The notes beneath the pieces are model-generated. The model was given only the letters and a program-made list of their open reading frames with translations, was not told where the DNA came from and did no database searches. The translations under genes were made by a program, and so were the position numbers. From IMG/VR virus record IMGVR_UViG_3300031963_009547: a stretch of 64,000 bases of DNA. One strand, 5' to 3'. Source of the DNA: a virus. Of this stretch, positions 10,304 through 20,700 are shown one piece after another (within the stretch, counting starts at the first letter, position 1; each line of letters opens with the position of its first letter).

Positions 10304-10441
10304 ATGAAAATAGAAAAAAAATTAATCAAAGAATCTTTAGGTTATAAAACTGAAGGTAAAAAAACGTTTTCAGAAAAAAAACAAAATATTGTAATTACTG
10401 AAGCACAATTAGAAAGACTTTTAGAAAAACTTAAAAAATAA
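10304..10441 (+). CDS. small basic protein (45 aa, not in ORF track)
   Basis: MKIEKKLIKESLGYKTEGKKTFSEKKQNIVITEAQLERLLEKLKK*. A-rich leader, and its stop overlaps the next start (TAATG). Confidence 0.65.
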   Translation: MKIEKKLIKESLGYKTEGKKTFSEKKQNIVITEAQLERLLEKLKK

Positions 10442-11310
10442 TGAATATCAATAAGTACGTAAGAGAATTTGTAAAAAACAAACTTAACGAAGGTTTTACG
10501 GAAGAAGGTAATCCTGATACAAAGTATTATGCTTTTGATTGGGATGATAATATAATGTTTATGCCTACGTCAATCATTGTTTTAAGTGAAAACGACGATG
10601 AGGTTCCGATGTCTACAGAGGACTTTGCAGAACACAGACACCAAATTGGTAAAGAACCATTTAGTTATAAAGGTACTACTGTTGTTGATTTTGCACCAGA
10701 CCCATTTAGAAATTTTGGAGTTAAAGGCGATAAGAGATTCGTATTAGATGCAATGGTGGCATCTGTTGGTCCATCTTGGAATGATTTTGTTGAGTGTATC
10801 AATGGTGGGTCTATATTTGCAATCATCACAGCAAGAGGTCACAACCCGAATACTTTAAAAGAAGGTGTTTATAATCTTATAATGGCTAACAAGAATGGTC
10901 TAAATAGTAGAACACTAGCAGAAAACCTTTATAGATATAGAAATATCGGTAATGAAGTCACCGGTGAAAAAAAGGCAAAAGCTTTGACACCAAAAGAATT
11001 ACGTGAGTATTTGGACCTTTGTAGATTTTATCCCGTGTCTTTCGGTGAGGGGTCTGCGACTAACCCTGAAGAAGGGAAAATAAAAGCAATGAGGGAGTTT
11101 ATTTCTTATTGTAAAGATATGGCTCAAGAAATAGGTGAAAAAGCATTCTTCAAAAATGATGTAGAAAACAATGAAATACTTCCTATTATTGGTTTTTCTG
11201 ACGATGACCCTAGAAATATAGATAAGATGAAAGAATTTTTAGATGATGAAGATACTGAAAAACTAGTAAAAACTTATTTAACTAAAGGAGGAGAAAAAAA
11301 GGAAATCTAG
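10441..11310 (+). CDS. HAD-superfamily phosphatase-like protein
   Basis: Motif I YAFDWDDNI, motif II IITARGH, Lys motif EEGKIKA and motif IV GFSDDD. Confidence 0.75.
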   Translation: MNINKYVREFVKNKLNEGFTEEGNPDTKYYAFDWDDNIMFMPTSIIVLSENDDEVPMSTEDFAEHRHQIGKEPFSYKGTTVVDFAPDPFRNFGVKGDKRFVLDAMVASVGPSWNDFVECINGGSIFAIITARGHNPNTLKEGVYNLIMANKNGLNSRTLAENLYRYRNIGNEVTGEKKAKALTPKELREYLDLCRFYPVSFGEGSATNPEEGKIKAMREFISYCKDMAQEIGEKAFFKNDVENNEILPIIGFSDDDPRNIDKMKEFLDDEDTEKLVKTYLTKGGEKKEI

Positions 11311-11418
11311 AAATACTTATAATGCAACGATAATTTTTAAAAATAACAAAGTAAATAGAAAAAAATTTAGTTGGATATATTTATAATAAAAATAAAAGAA
11401 ACAAAAAAATAGATAGAC

Positions 11419-11907
11419 ATGGCTGATTTGTTAATGAAAATGCCCTTTCAATATGAACCTAAAAGAAAAAATAGGTTTATTATAACGTTCCCCTCTTCTT
11501 TGGGGATTAACTCTTGGTATGTTGAAAGTTCTTCAAGACCAAAGGTGGAGATTAATCCAGTAGCTATCCCGTTTTTGAACACTGAAACTTATGTTGCAGG
11601 TAATTTTAAATGGGGAACAATAGACGTTACATTCCGTGACCCAATTGGTCCTTCAGCATCACAAGCTCTTATGGAGTGGGTTCGTTTACACGCTGAATCA
11701 GTAACAGGTCGTATGGGTTATGCTGCAGGTTACAAAAAAGACGTTGACCTTGAAATGTTAGACCCAACAGGTGTGGCAGTTGAAAAATGGATTTTACAAG
11801 GATGTTTTTTAACAAATGTTGACTTCGACACATTAGGATATAGTGAAGATGGTTTGATTACTGTAAAAGCAACATTAAGACCTGATAGATGTATCTTGGT
11901 ATACTAA
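11419..11907 (+). CDS. tail tube protein (T4 gp19-like)
   Basis: 162 aa with EPKRKNRF, W..IDVTFRD, EWVR, YKKD..LEMLDPTG..VEKW.L.GCF. Downstream of the sheath gene. Confidence 0.9.
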   Translation: MADLLMKMPFQYEPKRKNRFIITFPSSLGINSWYVESSSRPKVEINPVAIPFLNTETYVAGNFKWGTIDVTFRDPIGPSASQALMEWVRLHAESVTGRMGYAAGYKKDVDLEMLDPTGVAVEKWILQGCFLTNVDFDTLGYSEDGLITVKATLRPDRCILVY

Positions 11908-11928
11908 AAACAAAATAAAATATTATTC

Positions 11929-11960
11929 AATCCCATCTATTTTAGGTGGGATTTTTTATT
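11929..11960 (+). terminator. rho-independent terminator after the tube gene
   Basis: AATCCCATCT...AGGTGGGATT inverted repeat followed by a T-run. Confidence 0.75.
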
Positions 11961-12000
11961 TACATAAACTAAAGTCAAGTTATTTTTAAAGAAAAAAATT

Positions 12001-12759
12001 ATGGACCAAAGCACACAATACGGACAAATGGATTTCAACCTTCCACATGATATGGTAAAATTACCAAGTGGTGGACATACTTATAGACCAAAAAAAGAAT
12101 CTTTAAAAGTGGGGTATCTTACTGCTACGGATGAAAATATTTTAATGTCTCAAAATACACCAAAAGACGGGTTGATTATGACTCTACTTAAAAATAAAAT
12201 TTATGAGCCAGGTTTTGATGTGGGTCAATTATTAGAAGTTGATGTCCAAGCTATATTAATATTTTTAAGAAATACTGCCTTCGGACCTGAATATGATTAT
12301 CTTATAACTGACCCAAAAACGGACAATAAATTTGAAGTCAAACTTATTGTGGATGAGGTAAATTACATAAAACCTAAACATGAAATGGGTACAGATGGTT
12401 TGTTTAGCGTTGAGTTACCAAAATCAAAAAATAAAGTTAAATGTAAATTACTAAGTATAAAAGAAAGTAATGAAATTGAATCGATTAGTAATAATTACCC
12501 TTCAGGAATGATTGCACCAATAGTTACAAAAAAATTAGAGAGTCAGATAGTAGAACTAAACGGGTCAACGGATAAGGGTGAGATTGCAAAAATGATTTCA
12601 AACATGCCAATTGCCGACTCCAAATTTTTAAGAAGATTTTTATCTGAGTGTGAACCACAACTTGATTTAATAAAAACAGTTACAGCCCCGTCAGGAGAAA
12701 AAGTCAACGTAATGGTTGGTTTTGGGGTTGAATTTTTTCGCCCTTTCTTCACAATATAA
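12001..12759 (+). CDS. tail assembly chaperone / baseplate hub assembly protein (T4 gp26-like)
   Basis: VKLPSGG..Y, YLTATDENIL, AILIFLRNTAFGPEY and C-terminal GVEFF. Located between the tube and tape measure genes. Confidence 0.7.
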   Translation: MDQSTQYGQMDFNLPHDMVKLPSGGHTYRPKKESLKVGYLTATDENILMSQNTPKDGLIMTLLKNKIYEPGFDVGQLLEVDVQAILIFLRNTAFGPEYDYLITDPKTDNKFEVKLIVDEVNYIKPKHEMGTDGLFSVELPKSKNKVKCKLLSIKESNEIESISNNYPSGMIAPIVTKKLESQIVELNGSTDKGEIAKMISNMPIADSKFLRRFLSECEPQLDLIKTVTAPSGEKVNVMVGFGVEFFRPFFTI

Positions 12760-12769
12760 AAAAATTTTA

Positions 12770-12892
12770 ATGGATGAATTTTATTATTTAATAAAATTTG
12801 CAAACTTTTCATACTTGGATTTACTTAAAATGCCAACATTCGAAAGAAAGTACTTTTTGGATAAGCTAATATCTGAATCAAATAAAACATAA
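12770..12892 (+). CDS. short T4 gp51-like / chaperone C-terminal segment (40 aa; probably also reached by +1 frameshift)
   Basis: MDEFYYLIKFANFSYLDLLKMPTFERKYFLDKLISESNKT*, with an FS..D...MP.FER..F pattern. The frame is open back to 12713, overlapping the chaperone end. Confidence 0.65.
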   Translation: MDEFYYLIKFANFSYLDLLKMPTFERKYFLDKLISESNKT

Positions 12893-12921
12893 TCCTAAAA
12901 TATTTATTTAAAAAAATTATT

Positions 12922-14718
12922 ATGTTTTTTAATGACCCACAACTAGAAGGAGGTGCTGCCAAATCAATAGCCGAGCAAATTGAGGCCTTAAAGGGTGCTA
13001 TTAAAGCAAATATAGCAGCACTCAGTGCATCGGATGCATTTACAGCTTACAAAAATATAGAAAAAACCGCAATAAGTATTGCTGATAGTTCTAAGACCTT
13101 ACAAAGGTCTATGGGTGGTGTTGTTATGGACAGCTCTAAATTTGCGAGTAAATTAATTGAGTCATACAAAAACACCGTCAAAATAGGTGCCGAGTTTAAA
13201 GATATCACTGGAACAGTCCAAGGACTTGCTGAAAGTATGCAAAGAATGGTAGACCCTTCTTTGCAAACTATTGAAAATATGGTTGCTCTTTCACAGGCAA
13301 CAGGTATGGGTGCTGGTGAAGTTGGTAAAATGGTTGGTGAACTTACTAGATTTGGTGGAACACAGTTGCAAGCAACAGAAAAAATGCATGATTTAGCCGT
13401 TGAAGCTAGAAAAGTGGGGATTGATTCAAAAAAGTTTTTAACTGATGTCAACGCCAATATGAAATCATTAAATGGTTTTGGTTTCGGTAATAGTGTAAAA
13501 GGTTTAACTGACATGGTAAAACAAGCTACACTTTTAAGAACATCTATTGAAAAAATTGGTGCAAGTGCATTACAATCAAAAATATTAGACCCTGAAGGTG
13601 CTATGGAAACTGCAGCATCATTTCAAATGTTAGGTGGTGCTGTAGGTAAATTAGCGGACCCTTTTCAATTAATGAGAATGGCACAATCAGACATGAAAGG
13701 GTTGCAAGATGAAATTATAAAATCAAGTGCATCTGCCTTTAAATTTAATAGTGAAACAGGAAAATTTGATACTTCAGTTGCTGACATGTATAGATTAAGA
13801 GAACAAGCAGCGTTAATGGGTAAATCTTTGGATGAGGTAATGGAAGTTGGAAGAGAGGCTGCAAAGGCAAACTTTTTGAAAGATAGATTTGGTTTTGCGG
13901 ATTTGGATGAGGATGAATTGAATTTAGTAACGGGACTTACTGAAATTGGGCCTGACGGTAAAGTAACGATTGATATACCTGGTTATGGTGAAATTGAAGA
14001 AGCTAATTTAGGTAGTGCTGAAGCCCAACAAGCATTAAATGATTATATGCAGAAGGCTGGTAAAGACGAAAAAGATATTGCGATAAATAACTTAACTATT
14101 ACTGAAAATCAGGCAAAAGATGTAAACATTATTAAAAGTGCTATATTAACACAAATGGGTGTTCAAGATAGGGCTACTTTTTTGAAAAATATTGAAACCG
14201 CAAACGAAAAACTTGGTAAAGCCATAACAAACGGAGCTGAAACAACAGCAAATACTCTTGAAAAAACCGCTAGAGATACTGCGAAATTTGAAACAACCGC
14301 AGCAGGTGAATTACCAGACCCATTAATTTCTGAAAATGCAGTGAATAGAATGATGGATGTACAAGAGGAAGTAAAAAAAACTATCAAAAAACCAATTGAA
14401 CCGGTACCTACCGTTACCGGTAATGATATGTTATTTAAACCTGGAGGTGCCCCACAAATAATGGCTAAAGACACGATATATAAAGGAATAGTTGGTGATG
14501 AGGTTGCTTTCGGAACTAACTTAACAGACGCACTTAATAAAGGTGGTGGGAGTATTGGAGGTAATATAGATATTAACATTAATTTAAATGGGTCTATTGC
14601 TGGTGACCCAGGACAATTGAACAAAATGTTTAATTCTCCTGAAGTTCAAAAACAAATTATGGATACCGTACTTTATAAAATGAACGAATATAAAAGACAA
14701 CAAGGCGTATTATCCTAA
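12922..14718 (+). CDS. tape measure protein
   Basis: Helical A/G/M/K-rich 598 aa protein directly after the tube and chaperone genes. Confidence 0.7.
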   Translation: MFFNDPQLEGGAAKSIAEQIEALKGAIKANIAALSASDAFTAYKNIEKTAISIADSSKTLQRSMGGVVMDSSKFASKLIESYKNTVKIGAEFKDITGTVQGLAESMQRMVDPSLQTIENMVALSQATGMGAGEVGKMVGELTRFGGTQLQATEKMHDLAVEARKVGIDSKKFLTDVNANMKSLNGFGFGNSVKGLTDMVKQATLLRTSIEKIGASALQSKILDPEGAMETAASFQMLGGAVGKLADPFQLMRMAQSDMKGLQDEIIKSSASAFKFNSETGKFDTSVADMYRLREQAALMGKSLDEVMEVGREAAKANFLKDRFGFADLDEDELNLVTGLTEIGPDGKVTIDIPGYGEIEEANLGSAEAQQALNDYMQKAGKDEKDIAINNLTITENQAKDVNIIKSAILTQMGVQDRATFLKNIETANEKLGKAITNGAETTANTLEKTARDTAKFETTAAGELPDPLISENAVNRMMDVQEEVKKTIKKPIEPVPTVTGNDMLFKPGGAPQIMAKDTIYKGIVGDEVAFGTNLTDALNKGGGSIGGNIDININLNGSIAGDPGQLNKMFNSPEVQKQIMDTVLYKMNEYKRQQGVLS

Positions 14719-14756
14719 AAAAATCTAAAACAATCTATTTATCATAAAAAGACTGA

Positions 14757-17700
14757 ATGGAGAGTCCACTATCATTTAATTCGAGCGAAAATTTTAGAAA
14801 AAAACTATTGGTGAGAAACCTTCCACCATACAAAGTAGATAGTGCTTTTTCAAATGACGGTAAACCAGGTTCTTCTGAATTTAATATTAATGACCTAACA
14901 CCCATTGACTCCCCAAGTGTTGAACAAATAGGTAACCAACAAGAACAAATTCTTTTACCTATAAATCAGTATGGTCCACAAACAAGTACTGGAGAATATG
15001 GAGACATCGTACCAATCAATATTAATTTAAATTATAAATCAAATGAAGGTGAATATGGATATCCTGACACTATAGAAAGTGATTTAGAGATTATTGGTAA
15101 CAATACTGAAAAACAAATTATAATAAAAAATGTTTATAGACCTGAAAATGGTTTATCAGACTTCGGCTCAACTGCTTGGTACATTAATAATGATAAAGTT
15201 ATTAATACTGTTGGTGAAGGTGAATATACGGTACAAGATACGATTGGTAGTAATTTAGAAACTACCGCAAATGCCGACCGACCTATTCTTATTACAAATA
15301 ATCAATACGGACCTGAAAACCCTTCTAATGTCGAAGTTTCGATTAATAATAATTTACAAACTAATGCTAACGAAGGTGAGTATGGTTTTCCTGATACTGT
15401 AGATAGTCCATTAGAAATAAAAGGAGAAACGGATAGACCTGCATTAATTGCTATAAATCAATATGGTCCTGAAAATTTACCAACAACCGAAGTATCAATA
15501 AATAATAACCTACAAACCAACTCAAATGAAGGTGAATATGGGTTTCCTGATACTGTAGATAGTGAATTACAAATTGTAGGTGAAGACGTTAGAAAACCTA
15601 ATTTCTTACAAAATCAATGGGGCCCTGAACAGGGACAAAGTGAAACTGAAGTTGAACCGTACAGAAAACAAAAAAATTTAGTAATACCACAAGGTAATTA
15701 CGACGTTACTGATTCGGATGGCTCTCTTTTAGAACTTGTTGGAGGAATTAAAGAAACTGAAGCATACCTATCAAACAGATATGCTACGGGTGATGGTGAA
15801 TATGACCCGACAGATTTCAAAACCCTTCAACAAGAGGCGTTACAGTTACCATATGCTAATTCAGATAATACGTTTATATTTTTACCATCTACCTACACAC
15901 CATATAGTATATTATTAAATGATGACCCATCGGGTTCTGATGGTAGTTTATCACAAGACTCTGACTTAGCAAATATTGGCGCAAAACAATTAAATAAAGA
16001 ATTTAAACATAGAGTTGCGCTTGAGTTATTTCAACAAACATTAGGACAAGTAAATATATTCAATTCTAATGTTAATCCCGATACTGGAGAAATATCTGCT
16101 CAACCAAATACCGACCCTTTCGATGCTATTGGTTTATTAACAGGTAATATTCCTATTGTATCGAGAGTTTATAATATTACAACTCCTGATTTTCTATTTG
16201 GTCAAGGTATTAACTTTGCCGCTAAATTAGGTGGTCTTTATTCACCCTATTCTTATATTCCTGGTGAGTATTTTGATTATCCTGAACGAATAGGTAATGG
16301 ACCTTTTGAAAACCCATTATCATTAATAGGTGGGGCTTTAGGTTCTTTATTTAGTGCTCTACAACCCGCAAATCAATCTTCATCTGAATTATTTGTTGAA
16401 TTTACATCAGTACCAACACGTAAATTACTTTATGACCAATTAAAATATAATCAGTACAGACCCGATTATAAAATAGGTAATAATTTACTCGCACCTAAAG
16501 GTGTGTTCTACCTTGGTGATAGAAAAAATCATTTGACAGAATTAATGTCCCCCGCACCCGAACTACCATATGCAAAAGATGGTAAAACCTCATCAATGGG
16601 ACCTGTGCTTTCTTACTCTAATATGGGTAAGTTATATGAAGGAGAACAATTAAATGAAACACAATTTGGTTTAAATAGTAGAAACTTATATAGTGCGGGA
16701 GCTAATAAAGATGGTGTTAAATGGATTGGTGCTGGTATCTTCGGTGGCGTAACTTGGATTGGTAGTAAGAGTCCGAAAGAGGATAACAAACCACTACAAG
16801 GTAAATTACAAGGTAGAGGTGGAGAGCAATTCGAAGACAATAGTGAATTTACTTTTGGTAATTTAGTAGGTTTTGATTCAACTAAGTCTACTAATTTAGA
16901 TTTCACACCAGGTTCTTTATTAGATGTAACACAAAAACTTGTAGATGCAGGGCAACGAAGTTCACAACCTTTAGAACATGTTGGAACCGCAATTAACCAA
17001 GTATCAAAAGTATTTAACGACGGATATCAAGAATTAACAAAAGGTTCAAGAGTTGTAAGATATACAACCCAAAACTCTAAACCTGATAGTAGCGCAACAC
17101 CAACAGGTCTTGAGTATTGTAGAGTATTCACAAAAGACAGACCATACTACACTTATGACGAGTTACAAAAAACAGATGGTAATATAAGAGGTTATACTAA
17201 TTCAGTATTAGACAACACTTACAATTTAAATATTGCACCAACTGACGGATATAGTATAAAAGATGGTAAAGTAAAAAAATACATGCTATCTTTAGAAAAC
17301 TTGGCATGGAGAACATCAAATAAAAAGGGTTTTACTTATGATGATTTACCGGCTTGTGAAAAGGGACCAAATGGAGGTAGAATTATGTGGTTCCCACCAT
17401 ATGATTTAAGTTTTGATGAAAGTGTTAGTACACAATGGACTGACAACAATTTTTTAGGTAGAACTGAACCGATTTATACTTACACTAACACATCAAGAAA
17501 GGGTAACGTTTCTTTTAAAATTATTGTTGACCATCCATCAATCCTTAATGTATTAGTTGATAAAGAATTAGAAAATGTTGGAAACAATGGAGAAATAACA
17601 CAAATTATTGATTCATTCTTTGCGGGATGTACTAAGTACGATTTATGGGACTTAGTTAGTAAATTCCCAATGTTTACTCCTAATGATATTTTTGAAACTC

Positions 17701-20700
17701 AAATATTAACTACGGAAGATGTTGTCACTGTAGTACAAGAAAACAGTTATTCTATACCTGAACAAGAAATTGATATTGATAGTGAAATAGAACCTACACC
17801 TACACCATCACCATGTGTTGTTTTAAAATACCAAATTGGTGTTACCACCGATTTAACGTATACGGGTTGTTCAGGAGATGTAATAACACTAACAGGTTTA
17901 GCACCAAACGCGAGTGGAGAAATATGTGCAATAAGAAGTAATGCTTATAATTACTCAACACCTGACCCTACAAATACTATAACACCAACAGGACAAAATT
18001 GTGTTCAAACAACACCTGGACCAACTCCAGGACCAACACCTACACCAACACCTACAGCAACCGAACCACCATTAAATATTCAATTTCCGGATATTGGTTT
18101 TTATTTTGATAACAACTTTCCTGACGGAACAGGAAATAGATACGGTACCACTGTTACTCAAGATTTTGAACATTGGTACGATTTATATATTGCTTCAAAA
18201 AACAATTATTTAAATGATGGAAAACCTGATACCTATAGTGCTGCTTTGAATAAAATATTTTCATACGATGATAGTACTAAAGCAGATAAAACTAGTTTCA
18301 TTTTAGGACTTGATGATAGTAATGCGGCTAAAATAGAATATCTAAGGAATTATGTAGATACAAGAAAAGAGGAAATAGGTATTTTTTTCGATTATATAAC
18401 TAAAGAATTTAATGAAGCCAAAAGTTTCATACCAAAACTAGGTAAAATATTAGATGACGGGGGAACCGTTGAATTTGATTTAGAGGCTAGTGCATCCGCT
18501 GTTACCGACCCTGAATATAATCTAAATTTATCTAAAAGAAGAAATGATGCAGTTTTGAAGTGGATATTAAAACAAAAGTCACCAAATCAAACAACTTTAC
18601 AAAATTATAACCAACAAGGTAAATTGAAAATTAATCAAACGTCCGTTGGGGAAAGTCCCACACTGGAAGACAAACCATATAGATTTGTTGTATGTTCTAA
18701 AGGTTTTAAATCATCGAAACAAGAAGGTGTTGTGTCAATAAACGCAATGGCTTGTCGTAGAACTAAAATTAGTAATATCAAACCTATATATAACCAATCA
18801 CAAAACGAAAACCAATCACAAAATTCAACTGTTCCATTAACTAATGGTGGTGATTCGTCACAAACTGGTCAAGAATTATCAGGTCAAGATTTCTTAGTGA
18901 TTGCACCGAATCCACAACCCGGTGTTGATGGTGGTGTACCACAACCAAATGACACAACTAACCCTTTTGTTACCCAAGACCCAATTTCACAACCTTATAC
19001 AAATACACCAAATACGAGACAACAAGACGTACAAACACAAACACTACAAAAAAGAAAAGATTTAACAAAAAGATTAGCAAGAAAACTTTTAACTGAATGT
19101 AATTATTTTGAATACATCAAACAAAATGAACCAATGGTTTATGATGGTATTAAATCAAAAATAAAATACTTCCAACCTGCATTCCATTCAATAACGCCAG
19201 AAGGACTTAATGCTAGATTAGTGTTCTTACAACAATGTATGAGACCTGGAGACACGATACCTACTGTATCTCAGTCAGATAGCGGTCAACAAACATTATT
19301 ATTTAATGATGCGACGAACAGTGCTTTTGGTGCACCTCCAGTTTGTATTTTAAGAATAGGTGATTTTTTCCATACAAAAATTGTTATTGACCAAATAACT
19401 TTTAAATATGATGATGGTAGATTTGATTTAAATCCTGAAGGTATCGGAGTTCAACCAATGATTGCAACTGTGAATGTATCATTCAATTTTATAGGTGCTC
19501 ATGGTTTGGCAGGTCCTGTCGCTCAATTACAAAATGCATTATCATTTAACTATTATGCTAATACTGAAATGTATGACGAAAGAGCCGAATCAACAGAACA
19601 ACTTAATTTAGAAGTTTATGATGCTCAAATACTTTCACAAGTAAAAGATGACTTAAATGTTGTCAATACGGAAGCACCAAGACCGGTAGTTAATGACGGA
19701 GGAGTTACGATTGGGACAATAATAACTAATACAATTGATTTAAACACATCTATTACTTCAGGTACCATCAAGTATAAAGATGTAATGAGTGGGTTGGCAA
19801 ATTTAACAAAAGAATATACTGAAAAAACACTTTCTACTTTAGAAAAAATAAATGAAAATTATTTGATTGGTGGACTACAGGTGTTCACAAAAGATAGAAA
19901 ATATATAGAAGGTAATTTTAATTATTTAGGTGGAAATATAACAAATACTGCAAACATATTTGGGTACTCTTATGACGTTCAAACTAAAATTGAAAGTATT
20001 GCAACTAAAGCGAAGGAAGATGTTGATAATGGAGACGTTTGTCCACTTCTTTCAGGATTAGCAAATCAAAACTTATCAAACGTTCAAGTGAGAAAAGTTA
20101 AAAAAGAATTAAAAAATCAAATAGATGCTAAAAAAGAACAAATGTTGAATGATTTAGAAAATTATGCAAATGAAATTAATAATATACAATACCCATTAAT
20201 AAGTTCAATTGACAAAATAAATTATGTTTCAGATGCCCATGATGGGTTCATAAAGAAAAATAATTCAGTAGTTATCTATAATCTTTCAGGAACAACACAG
20301 ATAACACAACCAACCCTATCTGGTGTGAACAATACATTACAAGAACTTGTTGAAGATTCTTATTTGGTGAAAAATAACATAAATGATTTTTATCAAAAGT
20401 TACAAGATTTCAGTTTAATACCAACAGGTGAGGATGTATACAGAGACGATTTTACTCAAAATACTTATATATCCAATCAAAACTTTTTACCACAAGAAAC
20501 TGTATTCTTTATTTTATTTGGTAAAGACATAATAGATGATTCTGATAAGTTTGCAATAGATTTGATAGATAAAGCAATACCAAATTTAAATCAAGATGAT
20601 GAAATTGCTTGGTTGAAATTCTTAGATGAAAATCTAAATCAACCGAATACAGGACTTAGAGATTCATACAAAGCTTCTAAAACTGTTGTCGATAAAAAAA

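Noticed and set aside
12543-14624. Antisense ORFs 12543..12812, 13047..13514 and 14163..14624 (and similar short antisense ORFs elsewhere)
   Set aside because: They lie opposite well-supported genes and have no recognisable motifs or expression signals.
12922-14718. Apparently short tape measure protein
   Set aside because: About 600 aa is comparable to T4 gp29, so it is not anomalous.
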